Source: Octopus vulgaris
Lineage: Eukaryota
DNA length: 64,000 nt
Assembly (NCBI GenBank): GCA_951406725.2
Contig: OX597820.1
Coordinates: forward strand, 116,870,001 to 116,934,000
Direction: 5' to 3'
Shown here: positions 1 through 13,591 of the stretch, piece by piece
How positions within the stretch are numbered: position 1 is the stretch's first letter
How the letters are laid out: each line of letters opens with the position of its first letter
The notes under the pieces: model-generated
The model's database searches: none
Told to the model about the DNA's origin: nothing
Seen by the model: the letters and a program-made list of their open reading frames with translations, nothing else
Program-made: the position numbers and the translations under genes

Positions 1-452
1 AAAACTGATAAACGTCCGCAAGGGCTGATTGCTTTAAATAGTGCTAGGTTTTCTACATTGAAAATAACAATAGTTGTGGTGGGGGTTTCTAACAGATGCA
101 AGACCACAAACTTAAGGGACAAAATGACCCCTAGTACTTGGATTGGTACTTTTATATCATCAACCCTGGAAAGAAAAAAGGTTAAAAATTGATCTGAATA
201 GGACTTGAACCCAGATCACAAAGAAACAGAACAAATGTAACAAGGTATTTTGTCTGATGTCCTATGAATTCTGCTGATCCATGTCCCCAATAATGATGTC
301 TTAGAATAGGAACAAGGCTGGTTTTTAAGAAACTTGCATCATAGAATCAGGGGCAGTCTCAGGTGAGTTGGTATTAAAAGGGTCAAAATAGTGTGGAGAC
401 ATCAATAAGCCCCAGACTATTCGGCAACAGAAGGGCAGCATCTGGGCAGATA

Positions 453-549
453 CAAGATGAATGTAACCACGGTTACTGAGAATTACCATGAGGAATGCTA
501 AAGAAAGAACAAGATGATTGCACCCATGGTTACTGAGAATTACCATGAG
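453..549. repeat. Short tandem duplication, ~57-bp period, 2 imperfect copies
   Basis: caagatga...ggttactgagaattaccatgag occurs at ~453 and again at ~510. Confidence 0.75.
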
Positions 550-1017
550 AAAGAGCCTGACACTGTCAAAATGGAAATGGAGAATATTTAAGTTGCATAA
601 TTTGCTCTAATTGAAGGAAATTTATCTCCATCCGCTCCATTTTCTTTCTTTACATAAATAATTAAAAGATGGAGAAGTTATTAGATTTTTTTTTTTAACT
701 CCCCAACTGACATTTGGGATAATAAGTTTGGTTATGTATTAAGAAACACCAGTCTTGACTCGCGTGTAGATCAAAGAATTTTCTTAGACTTTTTGGGTCA
801 TGCACTATAAAGTAATACTTAAGTAGATTACTTGTAAAAGATCAATAACTGATAATTGATATCTTCATACATATTCTACCTGATACACACCTCAGTTGTA
901 CAGCAAAGTCTCATTTCTTATTTTGCTAACTGAGATTATGAAACTTTGATCTTAGTTCATGTAAAATATAGCAACCAAGACTTGCAAAGAAATCGAGGAG
1001 TAGGGGGTATCACAAAC

Positions 1018-1498
1018 TTAACCCTTTCGTTACTGTATTTCTGTTGAGATGCTCTGTGTTTCTTTCAATTACTTTAAATATAAGAAAGAATTTAGTAAAA
1101 TAACTTAGTTATCATTCAGCTAGTGTTAGGAACCTAAATTGTGACTAAGGTTTGGTGGAAGATTTTAATTCAAAACTTATGAAAACAAGACATTTGTACT
1201 CAGAGACAGAAGTGGTTTCAGGCAGGTTGATACCAAAAGGGTTAAGAATTGTTTCTCTATTATGTATTTTAACCCTTTTCGTTACCGTATTCCTGTTAAG
1301 ATGCTCTCTGTTTCTTTCAATTAATTTTAAATATAACAAAGAATTTAGTAAAATAACTTAGTTATCTTTCAGCGAGTGTTAGGAAGATAAATTGTGATTA
1401 AGATTTGGTGGAAGATTTTAATTCAAAACTTATGAAAACAAGTCATTTGCACTCAGAGCCAGAGCTGGTTGCAGCCAGGTTGGTAATGAAAGGGTTAA
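1018..1498 (+). mobile_element. Tandem pair of ~225-bp TTAA-flanked MITEs (piggyBac-type termini)
   Basis: Copies at 1018-1245 and 1269-1498, each TTAA-CCCTTT...AAAGGG-TTAA; no ORF; same family at 37656-38117 and 43840-44311. Confidence 0.8.
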
Positions 1499-1913
1499 AA
1501 GTAACAGGTTCAAATTTACCCTTTTGCAATATAATCGGTCTTCCAAAGTATTTAAGCATTCAACTTAATTCTAAAATGATGAAAGGACAGACATCTTTCA
1601 GCAAGGTCACAAACAGTTGACTAGTATCATGTCCCAGTAGGAGAAGGGAATTCTCACCGATAAGCTAAATATCAAGAAATTGAAGCTAAACATTTCTCCA
1701 TAGCCATCAAGCAGTTATCTTTATCCCCTATCTCTATTTCAGTTGTTAGACTGTGGCCATGCTGGGGCAACACCTTGAAGAATTTTAGTCAAACAAATTG
1801 ATCCCAGTACTTATTTTATTTTAGGGATGTAACAGAAAAAAGCCATCTCAACTAAGTAGGTGTGTAGCGGGGAGTGAGCATTTGAGAGGAGAAGGTGGCT
1901 TTTATGTCCCGGG

Positions 1914-2062
1914 CGGTGGTTCCCAACCCGTGGTCTGTAAAGGTAATATTGGTGGGGTCTGTGAACATGTTAAGCTGACAGACCTTTCAATATCCTGGGG
2001 TCTGTGGCAAAACTTATTTAAATAAAACGGGTCTTTGGTAGTGAAAAAGTTGGGAACTCCTG
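1914..2062. mobile_element. hAT/Charlie-like MITE
   Basis: Imperfect TIRs cggtggttcccaac ... gttgggaactcctg and internal ggggtc motifs typical of MER5-like hAT MITEs; TSD not clear. Confidence 0.6.
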
Positions 2063-2154
2063 GGTATAATAGTGAGGCAAGCACAGCTTTCTTTCCATAG
2101 AGGAGGAGATACTTGGCAATCTTTGCTATAATTAAAAGGAAAAAAAAAAAACGA

Positions 2155-2321
2155 GGCGCAGGAGTGGCTGTGTGTGGTAAGAAGATTGCTTACCAACCAC
2201 ATGGTTCCGGGTTCAGTCCCACTGCATGGCATCTTGGGCAAGTATCTTCTGCTATAACCCCGGGCCAACCAATGCCTTGTGAGTGGATTTGGTAGACGGA
2301 AACTGAAAGAAGCCTGTCGTA

Positions 2322-2374
<53 letters not shown>

Positions 2375-2565
2375 TTGTCCCCCTAGCATTGCTTGACAAC
2401 CGATGCTGGTGTGTTTACGTCCCCGTCACTTAGCGGTTCGGCAAAAGAGACCGATAGAATAAGTACTGGGCTTACAAAAGAATAAGTCCCGGGGTCGATT
2501 TGCTCGACTAAAGGCGGTGCTCCAGCATGGCCGCAGTCAAAATGACTGAAACAAGTAAAAGAGTA
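2155..2565 (+). mobile_element. SINE-A, full length (tRNA-derived head, (TA)n(TG)n linker, 3' stem-loop tail)
   Basis: A-box-like tggctgtgtgtgg, B-box-like ggttcagtccc, cttgggcaagt block, tail ccagcatggccgcagtcaaaatgactgaaacaagtaaaagagta; many near-identical copies in the window. Confidence 0.92.
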
Positions 2566-3224
2566 ATGTTGGAAATAATTTATGCTTCTGTATTTATTTC
2601 TTTGTTTTATTTCTTCCATTTCCTTTAATTTCTCAGTTATTTCTATTTTATAAACCAAATCTACACATCCAATCACAGAAGATGAGAGGCAGCTGTAGAG
2701 AAATTCTGAGTCGACGTTTTTTGTTTTTTTTTGTGTTCATCCGTAAGGCTTCAGTAAAATTTGTTTGTCTTCACTTTCTGATTTGTAATTACATTTCTGA
2801 GACAACTTGAGAAGCGGACAACATTTATTAGTCCTTTACTGTCACTGTTTGCTTTCCAGTGACATTTTAGCAAAGATATCAATGGACAATGATACACATA
2901 GCCATAAATTTAATTACAGCTTATTAGAATAAGTCTTCAGTTTGATATCACATGTAATTCACCAGTACTTCTGATTAGCAACAGTGTGTGTGTGTGTGTT
3001 TGTGTTTGATAGAAAAGATGCAATGAACATAAAATTTTCTTAATTATTTATTAATATTTTAGGTCACAATTTATGGACAATAAACATTGTTGATTACAGG
3101 GGTTTAATCAGTATCCCATTGGTTTACTGCATTTCTGAAGGTGAGAGTAGTAAAGGAGAGTTTGTAACTCAATGCAGAGCAAATATAGCAAAGGATTTTG
3201 TCTGAAGTAGACCTGTTTTTTGTT

Positions 3225-3269
<45 letters not shown>

Positions 3270-3714
3270 TCTTATCAAGTAGACATCTGGGTGATGCAGA
3301 CGGACAGATTCTTAAGACATATAATTAACAAGAGCTCATGTAATTAACAGTTCTGTAAATTGTCTACCTTGACTTAATACCTTGTTTTTTGACAAGTGAA
3401 CAACATATGGAACAGACTCTGGAGAACAATGGTAGATATTTAATTCTGCTGACTGACCAGAAAGCAGTAATGTGAAGGAATTCAGTTGCTAAACAACAAA
3501 GTATGAAAGCAATTCTAAAAATACCATCACTTCCACTTTGTGTCTCTCCAATTAAAACAGTCAAATTACTGAAACTAGTTAAAGAATAAAGGATTGCAGC
3601 TTTTGAGTAAAATTTTAGTTTAACTGAGGTCATGCTGGAGCACTGAATTTTAGATGTAATCATTGATTTGAACAGTATGTTATTATTTAACCCAGACCAG
3701 TATTTCTTTAGGCT

Positions 3715-3872
3715 TTTTACATTCCAAGTTCAAATACTGCTGAAGTTGGCTCTGACTTCCATCCTTTTAGGGTCGACAAAATAAAGAACCTGTTGAACAC
3801 TGTGGTCAAAGTAACTGGCTTGCCCCCCCCTCCCTTCAAAATTCTGGTTCTGTGCCAAAATTAGAAAGAATT
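3715..3872 (+). mobile_element. Decayed SINE-B fragment
   Basis: agttcaaat...ttccatccttttagggtcgacaaaataaag matches the central block of the intact copies. Confidence 0.7.
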
Positions 3873-4034
3873 ATTTAGTTCCAGGCCAGCTTGAAGCAGA
3901 TCTATGATCAAAAACTTTCCATGATCATGTTTTTTTCTTCAGACATTGGGGCATTACGAAGTATTAAGATAATCAGAAGGGATCTGGCTGCTATTTCTCG
4001 CAAGTCTGTTAACTAAGTAGAGATTTTTCCATTG

Positions 4035-4395
4035 ACTCATCATCATCATGATTCAACGTCCATTTTCCATGCTGGCATGGGTTGGACAGTTTGACAGGAG
4101 GTAGTAAGGCCAGGAGCCAGACCAGGCTCCATTGTCTGTTCTGGTCAGGGTTTCTATGGCTGGCTGCCCTTTCTAATGCAAACCCCTCAATAGAGTGTAC
4201 TGGGTGCTTTAAAAGTAACACCAGCACTGGTATGGCACCAGCACTGGTATCAATTTTGTTGTGGTGGCCATGTCATCGTGAGTATAGCAAGGTGCCAGAT
4301 ATCAGTCCTTTGCCATCTCTTTTGTAAGGATCAGTGTCTTGAGATCGGCCTTTGATACTTCGTTCCATGTCTTCCTGGGTTTTCCCTCTCCCACA
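4035..4395 (-). mobile_element. RTE-clade LINE 3' end (ORF C-terminus, 3' UTR and (GAT)n tail)
   Basis: Minus strand of ~4290-4395 reads CGRG/PRKTWNEVSKADLKTL..TKEMAKD (one frameshift), an RTE-type C-terminal motif; ends in gcatggaaaatggacgttgaat(gat)n. Confidence 0.75.
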
Positions 4396-5059
4396 ATTAA
4401 TTGGTACTTATTTTGTCAACTTCAGAAAAATAAACAGCAAAGTGAACCCGAATGAGATTTGAACACAACATAAAGAGATGGAACCCCATTTTACAAAGCA
4501 TTTTGCCTGATGCTCCACCAATTCTGACATCCATCTGACAAATGCTTTGGTTGTGCAATATCCACTCAGTCAGCTCCATTACACTTTACAAGAAGTATGA
4601 GAAAGTGATTGGCCATTCTAAAGTCTTCACCTGTTTATCATCATCATTTAACATCCATCTTCCATGCTGGCAAGAGTTGGATGGTCTGACAGGATTTGAC
4701 AGGTCAAAGACTGTATTGTGCTCTAGTGTCTGCCTTGGCATGGGTTTTATGGTTGGATGCCTTCCTCAATGCCAACCTCTTTACAACATGTTCTGGGTGG
4801 TTTTTTTTTTTTTTTTAGTTTGAGTGACAAATACAAGTGAGGCTGGCATGCAGTTTGCAAGATTATGAACCTCAGGGGCAAAAATGAGTAAGAGTGTGAG
4901 GAAAGGGGTCAGAGCAGAACAGGTTTGTTGCTGAGGAGGAGCAACAATGACTGCTCATATTTTAGGATGAGAGGGTGTGAGTGATTGAGTGGAACTCAGA
5001 AGAATATTGGAAGACTGTGTATACCCATGCTAGCATGGAAGGTAGATGTCAAATGATGA

Positions 5060-5221
5060 TGTGGCTGTGTGGTAAGTAGCTTGCTTACCAACCACATGGT
5101 TCCAGGTTCATTCCTACTGTGTGGCACCTTGGGCAAGTGCCTACTATAGCCTCGGGCTGACCAAAGCTTTGTGAGTGGATTTGGTAGATGGAAACTGAAA
5201 GAAGCCCATTGTATATATGTA

Positions 5222-5267
<46 letters not shown>

Positions 5268-5465
5268 CATGTGTCTGTGTTTGTCCTCCCAACATCGCTT
5301 GACAACTGATGCTGGTGTGTTTACATTCCCGTAACTTAGCAGTTGGGCAAAAGAGACCAGTAGAATAAGTACCAGGCTTACAAAGAATAAGCTCTGGGGT
5401 CGATTTGCTCCACTAAAGGCGGTGCTCCAGCATGACCGCAGTCAAACGACTGAAACAAAAGAATA
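5060..5465 (+). mobile_element. SINE-A
   Basis: Colinear match to 2155-2565; directly preceded by an RTE-type tail (5020-5060). Confidence 0.9.
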
Positions 5466-5967
5466 AATGAATGTATATACACATATTTTTTATCAAATGA
5501 AGTTTTTAATCAATGCAGGTAACGAATTAATTACTTACACAGTAGGTACATATTCACCAGGAAAGCTGTCTGTGGTATATGATATCAGCATACATGTCTT
5601 GCCTACAGTTCCGTCGCCAACAACGACACACTTGATTGGGCGACCCTGTGCCATTTTGTTGTTTTACCTATACTAACCTGAAGAAAGAAAAAAAAACAGT
5701 GTGTTAAGTAAGGCGGGCTTATGAAGTACAGTTTAAAAGAAATTACAAATGGATTCTAATATTTGACTATGAAACTAGTAAATACATCATGAAAGGCAAG
5801 ATTAACTGTGGTTCTTGGGATTGTGTTTAAAAACCACACACACACACACACTTATTTGAAACTGAAGTTTCAAAATGTTGTTAAGTTTATGTTTCTTATT
5901 CATTTCCATTGAAAGAAGAAATCCAGAATGGTTAGAGAGTAAATGCCCAGTTTTGAATAAATGTATA

Positions 5968-6175
5968 TATTTCTTTTATTGCCCACAAGGGGCTAAACAT
6001 AGAGGGGACAAACAAGGACGGACAAAGAGATTAAGTCGATTACATCGACCCCAGTGCGTAACTGGTACTTTATTTATTGACCCGGGCGGAATTTGAACTC
6101 AGAACGTAACGGCAAACGAAATATCGCTAAGCATTTCGCCCAGCGCGTTAACGTTTCTGCCAGCTCGCCGCCGCC
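5968..6175 (-). mobile_element. SINE-B with an internal deletion and a 16-bp TSD
   Basis: TSD tttgaataaatgtata at 5952-5967 and 6176-6191; lacks the aaaggatgaaaggcaaagtcgacctc segment seen in other copies. Confidence 0.9.
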
Positions 6176-6207
6176 TTTGAATAAATGTATAAACTACTCA
6201 GTATATG

Positions 6208-6444
6208 TACTCTTTACTCTCTTTTCTCTTTTACTTGTTTCAGTCATTTGACTGCGGCCATGCTGGAGCACCGCCTTTAGTCGAGCAAATCGACCCCGGG
6301 ATTTATTCTTTGTAAGCCCAGTACTTATTCTATCGGTCTGTTTTGCCGAACCGCTAAGTGACGGGACGTAAACACACCAGCATCAGTTGTCAAGCAATGC
6401 TAGGGGGACAAACAGACACACAAACATATACACACACACTTATA

Positions 6445-6487
<43 letters not shown>

Positions 6488-6622
6488 TACGACAGGCTTC
6501 TTTCAGTTTCCGTCTACCAAATCCACTCACAAGGCATTGGTCGGCCCGGGGCTATAGCAGAAGACACTTGCCCAAGATGCCACGCAGTGGGACTGAACCC
6601 AGAACCATGTGGTTGGTTAGCC
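6208..6622 (-). mobile_element. SINE-A, 5'-truncated
   Basis: Reverse-complement match to 2155-2565; ends inside the tRNA head. Confidence 0.9.
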
Positions 6623-7459
6623 GTTTTGTTTGTAAATTTAAATCCATATATAACATACATATATATATACAAGATGTAGACAATACTCAATGATGTTGCT
6701 TATTGGTTTTGATGGTTTATTCAAGAATTTCCTGGTAGTTGGTTATTTACTTAGATATTTACTCCAAGATGAAAGAATAAGTCAACCAAACAACAAATGA
6801 AATCTAATACTTTGACTCTATTGCACATTAAAACATTATCTGAATAAAATCAAAGGTCTTTGATCTTTCAGAACTACAAACCAATTAGTCTCTGTAGTTA
6901 GACAAGATGTTTGACCCATGTTAGGTAGGTTTGTTGGCTGTGCGATATTAAATTTTGCAAGTCTCTTAGACTCTGCCAGGGAACTGAGAAAATGGTGCAT
7001 GTGTGTGTGTGTGTGTGTTGGAAATGCAGTTGTGCTTGTGGCTCAGGGAGTTGTATTGCACAGATAAGATAACATAGTTAAGAAGACAGGCAAACCTGTT
7101 CAAACCATCAAAGAGAAACGAAGAAAAAAAAAAAATCATAATCATTCATAATAAAAAAAAAGGGGGAGGTAACAGAGAGTAAGAGAAAAATGAATGAAAG
7201 ATGTAAAAATAGGAAGGAAAGGGAGAAGAAAGAGAGAGAAAAGGAGGAATGACAGAATGACAAAGGCAGAAAGAAAAACAACAAAAAGCCAAGAAAGAAG
7301 AAGAAGAAGGAAGAGGAAAAACAGAAAACGATGGAACTGAAGATGGTAATAAGATAATTGTCAGTTAATTCTTGTTCAAAAGATTGCAGACTTTAGTTTG
7401 GACAGGTTTCCATTTGAAAAAAGTCAGAACTACCTTAGATATTCCATCACATCCAAACC

Positions 7460-7688
7460 TATTTCTTTATTACCCACAAGGGGCTAAACATAGAGGGGAC
7501 AAACAAGGACAGACATAGGTATTAAGTCGATTACATCGACCCCAGTGCGTAACTGGTACTTAATTTATCGACCCCGAAAGGATGAAAGGCAAAGTCAACC
7601 TCGGCGGAATTTGAACTCACAACGTAACGACAAGCGAAATACCGTTAAGCATTTCGCCCGGCGTGCTAACGTTTCTGCCAGCTCTCCG
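7460..7688 (-). mobile_element. SINE-B (tRNA-derived head, Meta-like domain) with a 16-bp TSD
   Basis: Minus strand has A-box tggcagaaacg, B-box gagttcaaattcc and gcctttcatcctttcggggtcgataaattaagtaccag; TSD ccatcacatccaaacc at 7444-7459 and 7689-7704. Confidence 0.92.
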
Positions 7689-8612
7689 CCATCACATCCA
7701 AACCATCCATCCATGTGCGAGTGTCCAGTTGTTTGACCAACTGAATGATCAATTTCTTGAATTGGCATGTAACATGGCTGAGTATTCCACACACACATGT
7801 CCCTGATTCTTTAAATCTTCACCGCTTTTAGTTTCATTCAGTAGAATGTCGTTTTGCTACCTCATCGAAACTACAGAAAACAGTTTTTTCTATCGGGTCT
7901 CAAACAATTGGCAAGATTCTTCCTGTTACCACGAAAGAAACTAGTAGAAGATGATTGTTGTTGATGTTGTTGCTGTGGTAGTGGTCATGGGGATAGAGTG
8001 ATGGTGAGAGTAGGAGTAGTGGTCAGTGGTGGCGATAGTAGCAATGGATGGTGATAATAATGGCAGTAGCAGTTCCAGTGATTATTAGAGATGGTGGTGG
8101 TAACAACAGTAGTAGTAATAGTAGTAGTAGCAGTAGTAGTAGTAGTAACAGAAGCAGTGAAAGTAGTATTTAATGTGAATCAATTAGAGTTGCTCACTTA
8201 ATTCCAATAGAGAAGGCCCAATATGTAAATACAAGATAATAAACAGCAGCTGGAGTTGGAATCGTATTCACCAAAGATTCTTGCACAACTGCAATCATTG
8301 ACTAATCAATGCCAAAAGTTGGTCGAGGACTGATCTGAGATGGTTAATATCTTCGATATTGTCAATGGTTTCAGGTAGAATTTCAACCAATAATGGAATT
8401 ACCATGTCTTAAAGAATTTTTTTTTTTTTGATAAGAGGAAGCTATTTGAAGGAGACAATGCCTCTCTCTCTCTCTCTCTTTTTTTCTCTCTCTCACACTT
8501 TGTGCATGTGCATAGGAAAAGAAAAACTAATAAAACTAAAGAAAAAGAGAAATAAAAAAATGAAATAAAAAAAATTCCTGTGAATTCACTCCAAAAGAAA
8601 TACCATCTAACA

Positions 8613-8992
8613 AAGGCATAGGAGTGGCTGTGTGGTAAGAAGCTTGCTTCCCAACAACATGGTTCCGGGTTCAGTCCCACTGCATGGCACCTTGGGCAAG
8701 TGCTTTCTACTACAGCTTCAGGCTGACCAAAGCCTTGTGAGTGGATTTGGTAGACGGAAACTGAAAGAAGCCTTTCATATGCATGTGTGTTTGTCCCCCC
8801 CCCCCACCACTTGATAACTGGTGTTGGTGTGTTTACATCCCTGTAAACTAGCGATTCAGCAAAAGAGATTGATAGATTAGGGACCAGGCTTAAAAAATAA
8901 GTGCTGGAGTCGATTCATTTGACTCGAAATTCAAGGCTGTGCCCCAGCATGGCCACACTCTAATGACTGAAACAAGTAAAAAATAAAAAAGA
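8613..8992 (+). mobile_element. SINE-A, older subfamily
   Basis: Diverged colinear match to the other copies; short linker. Confidence 0.85.
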
Positions 8993-8999
8993 TATATAT

Positions 9000-9170
9000 A
9001 TACTCATTTTACTATTTTACTTTAGTCGAACAAATCAACCCCAGGACCTATTCTTTGTAAGCCTAGTACTTATTCTATCAGTCTCTTTTGCCGAACCATT
9101 AAGTTACAGGGATGTAAACACACCAACATTGGTTGTCAAGCAATGGTGGGAGGACAAAAACAGACACATG

Positions 9171-9214
<44 letters not shown>

Positions 9215-9460
9215 TACAACGGGCTTCTTTCAGTTTCCATCTACCAAATCCACTCACAAAGCTTTGGTCAGCCCGAGGCTATAGTAACACAGACACACAA
9301 ATAAATACATATATACATACAGTGGGCTTCTTTCAATTTCTGTCTACCAAATCCACTCACAAGGTTTTGGTCGGCCCAAGGCTATAGTAGAAGACACTTG
9401 CCCAAGGTGCTATACAGTGGGGCTGAACCCAGAACCATGTGATTTAGAGCAAGCTTTTTG
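9000..9460 (-). mobile_element. SINE-A with an internal partial duplication
   Basis: The gggcttctttca...ggctatagta block appears twice (~9220-9287 and ~9323-9390). Confidence 0.85.
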
Positions 9461-9547
9461 ACCATGGATTCAAAGTTTCGGCCTGCTGGTAGCCTGGCCT
9501 TTGAAGTCACTGTTATCTATTCTTTTTATAAAAAAGTAAAATATACA

Positions 9548-9954
9548 TACTCTTTACTCTTTTACTTGTTTCAGTCATTTGACTGCGGCCATGCTGGAGC
9601 ACCGCCTTTAGTCGAGCAAATCGACCCCGGGACTTATTCTTTGTAAGCCCAGTACTTATTCTATCGGTCTCTTTTGCTGAACCGCTAAGTGACGGGGACG
9701 TAAACACACACCAGCATCGGTTGTCAAGCAATGCTAGGGGGACAAACACAGACACACAAACAGATACATACATATATATATACATACATACGACAGGCTT
9801 CTTTCAGTTTCCGTCTACCAAATCCACTCACAAGGCATTGGTCGGCCCAGGGATATAGCAGAAGACACTTGCCCAAGATGCCACGCAGTGGGATTGAACC
9901 CAGAACCATGTGGTTGGTTAGCAAGCTACTTACCACACAGCCACTCCTGCGCCT
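9548..9954 (-). mobile_element. SINE-A, full length, young
   Basis: Near-identical to the reverse complement of 24906-25303. Confidence 0.92.
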
Positions 9955-10305
9955 ATATATATATCTTATGTAAAAAAAAATCCCCCAAAACAGAAAACAA
10001 AGCAAAAAGGATCAGTTATAATAAATGCTGTATTTGTTTAATATTCAAAAAGAAGGGAAAGAGTGTTGATGTTTCGGACGTTAGTCATTCATCATATAAA
10101 AAAATAAAAGAATGAGAAAAGGTGGAGGGAAAAATATAAAGAATGAGGTTGAGTATTAGGGGGAGAGGGGCTATAAGAGAAAAGGAAAGGATGAGGAAAG
10201 GAGAAGAAGAAAGGGTGAGATGTTAGTAAAAGATTAGGGGCAGTGTAGGGAGCAGCAAAAAATAGAGAAGAGGTCCAGTAAACATTAAAAATACACACAC
10301 ACATG

Positions 10306-10349
<44 letters not shown>

Positions 10350-10358
10350 CACACACAC

Positions 10359-10399
<41 letters not shown>

Positions 10400-10475
10400 T
10401 ATAATATAATAATAAGAGTAAATAACTTCTATAATGCTTTTTAAAAAAAACAACAATTATTTACTGGTAGAATTC

Positions 10476-10514
<39 letters not shown>

Positions 10515-10588
10515 TTATTTTTTTATTATTTCATCTAGTTTCAGCTCATGAGCTGTGGCCATGCTGGGGCACTGCCATTCTGCTGGGG

Positions 10589-10626
<38 letters not shown>

Positions 10627-11055
10627 TCAATTTAGGGTAGTAAAAAATGGCGGTTGGAGTTATGGCTGCTCTGTCTAGTGGACGAATGGCCTGTTAAGGC
10701 CATTCCTAAATTGTTATATATATATATATTTTTTATTTCTTGACATATACATATATATATATATATATATATAAGGGTTTTACATAAAGGAGAGGAAAAA
10801 TAGGTAAATACATATTGTAGAGTATATTGTGTGTACATAGACAAATGCATAGACTTTTGTAGAAAGATTGTTAGTCAATGGGATTGCTACTCAGAGTTTG
10901 TTGGCTAAAACTACCATTCATTCAACAACTGATGCTGACACATAAGGTATGATGTGACGAGGGAATCTGAACAGCAGCCGACAGGAAATCACCGTACAAC
11001 TTGTACTCTTTCTCTTGCTTGTAAAACCAAATATAGAGCATGCATGTGTGTGTGT

Positions 11056-11110
<55 letters not shown>

Positions 11111-11289
11111 TACACATGTGCACAGATTATACAAAAAGGTAATTGTGAAGAGGGCAACAGATAAACATGGAGCAGCATGCACCCTTTGGAAATGAATCAC
11201 AATGTAAAAGGAGAAGCAAAAAGGAAAAAAAAAAAATGTAAAACAAGAGGGACCAAATACAGATTAGCATATTATATCATTTTACATGA

Positions 11290-11299
11290 TATAAATATA

Positions 11300-11393
<94 letters not shown>

Positions 11394-11420
11394 TGTATGT
11401 GTGTATATATATATAAATAT

Positions 11421-11487
<67 letters not shown>

Positions 11488-11531
11488 AATATGTATGTGT
11501 GTGTGTATATATATATAAATATGTATGTGTG

Positions 11532-11586
<55 letters not shown>

Positions 11587-11593
11587 ATATGTA

Positions 11594-11625
<32 letters not shown>

Positions 11626-11706
11626 AATATGTATGTGTGTATATATATAATGTATATATATATATATATATGTATATATATAAATATGTATGTGTGTATA
11701 TATATA

Positions 11707-11743
<37 letters not shown>

Positions 11744-11745
11744 TG
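11290..11745. repeat. Compound (TA)n and aaatatgtatgtgtg(ta)n minisatellite
   Basis: Direct reading; source of the spurious YI/HT-rich ORFs. Confidence 0.95.
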
Positions 11746-11867
11746 ATGGAGTGCTGCAGATAAGATTAGCAACAGCAAAATCATATTATATTGTAGAACT
11801 TTAAAAAAATAAAAAAAAAAGATACAAAAGAATTATACAAATAAAGTAAAGATGAGCAGAGAGAGAG

Positions 11868-11919
<52 letters not shown>

Positions 11920-12139
11920 TGAACGGAAATGAAAGATATCAAGATGACAAATTTATCTTTTATATATATTTATCTATATAGCTAACTAAACAAAACATAT
12001 ACCAGTTTTTTGTTTTGCTTTTTTTTATTAACTTGGTGACTCCCCCCCCCCACCTTCAACACTGTAGGTTTTAGACATAATGGGGTGGCAAGCAGTCATT
12101 GCTAAAATTTATAGGAATAACATCCCCACTCACACAAAT

Positions 12140-12795
12140 ACTCCCTTTTTACTCTTTTACTGGTTTCAGTCATTTGACTGCGGCCATGCTGGAGCACTGC
12201 CTTTAGTTGAGCAAATCGACCCCGGGACTTATTCTTTGTAAGCCCAGTACTTATTCTATTGGTCTCTTTTGCCGAACTGCTAAGTGACAGGGACGTAAAC
12301 ACACCAGCATCGGTTGTCAAGCAATGCTAGGGGGACAAACGCAGACACACAAACACACACACTTATATATATATATATATTTCTTTACTACCCACAAGGG
12401 GCTAAACATAGAGGGGACAAACAAGGACAGACAAAGGGATTAAGTCGATTACATCGACCCCAGTGCGTAACTGGTACTTAATTTATCGACCCCGAAAGGA
12501 TGAAAGGCAAAGTCGACCTCGGCGGAATTTGAACCCAGAACACTTAACGGCAGACGAAATACGGCTACGCATTTCGCCCGACGTGCTAACGTTTCTGCCA
12601 GCTCGCCTTATATATATATATATACATATATACGACAGGCTTCTGTCAGTTTCAGTCTACCAAATCCACTCACAAGGCATTGGTCGGCCCGGGGCTATAG
12701 CAGAAGACACTTGCCCAAGATGCCACGCAGTGGGACTGAACCCGCAACCATGTGGTTGGTTAGCAAGCTACTTACCACACAGCCACTCCTGTGCC
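12140..12795 (-). mobile_element. SINE-A with a SINE-B (~12378-12608) nested in its (TA)n linker
   Basis: SINE-A 3' half at 12140-12362 and 5' half at ~12610-12795; cttatatatata on both sides of the nested SINE-B. Confidence 0.9.
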
Positions 12796-12811
12796 TATAT
12801 ATATATATATA

Positions 12812-13100
12812 CGACCAGACCATCAGATGTTGTTACACATCGCTGGTCACAATGCGTTCGCATTGTTTTAGCCTTCGAATGACGCCACCCCACTGGCTAA
12901 GCGAGCAGGCCAACAGAAGAAAGAGTGGGAGAAAGAGTGGTGAAAGAGTACAGCAGGGATCACCACCCCCTGCCAGAGCGTCCTGGAGCTTTTAGGTGTT
13001 TTCACTCAATAAACACACACAACGCCCGGTCTGGGAATCGAAACCATGATCCTGCGACCGCGAGTCCGCTGCCCTAACTACTGGGCCATTGCGCCTCCAC
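12812..13100 (-). mobile_element. SINE-C (tRNA-derived head) with tail type 1
   Basis: Minus strand gtggaggcgcaatggcccagtagttagggcagcggactcgcggtc...ggtttcgattccc; head shared with 44917-45300 and 52070-52368; inserted in (TA)n. Confidence 0.85.
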
Positions 13101-13131
<31 letters not shown>

Positions 13132-13591
13132 CACACACACATACAGACACACACTTACACATGCATATCTATGTGTGTGTCTGTGTGTAAATACATACAT
13201 ATATACAATCATATATACATATCATGTGTGTGTGTGTGGGGGGGGTGCATGCATGTGTTGATAAAGAACAAACTTCATAACTACAAAGCAATGTTTTTTG
13301 CCTGTATATAAAGTGGACACTTGGATGTTTACGCAATGGATTGGTTCGGTGACTCATTGTTCAAATCCAAACTGTATAAACCAAGAAGGTACATTTTTAA
13401 TATTTTCAATAAAAACCTAAATTATTTATTAGTGTGTGTGCATGTGTGTGTGTATACATACGTGCAAGCAGGTATGTTTGCTCATGCCCATATACACAGT
13501 TACACTTATCAAAGAAACTTTATTGCTATTCATTTTGTGTCACTAAACTCCACAAATCAATGGTTTTGACCAAGAGAAAACAATAAATACC

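Noticed and set aside
6358-6693. Recurring ORF families MLGGQTQ...RHLPKMPRSGTEP and MRNWYLIYRPRKDERQS
   Set aside because: Antisense translations of SINE-A and SINE-B; they recur because the SINEs recur.
8241-8333. Coiled-coil-like peptide KQQLELESYSPKILAQLQSLTNQCQKLVED
   Set aside because: Only ~30 codons between stops, with no convincing splice acceptor or recognisable homology.
11177-11804. Long YI/HT/CV-rich ORFs
   Set aside because: Dinucleotide-repeat translations.
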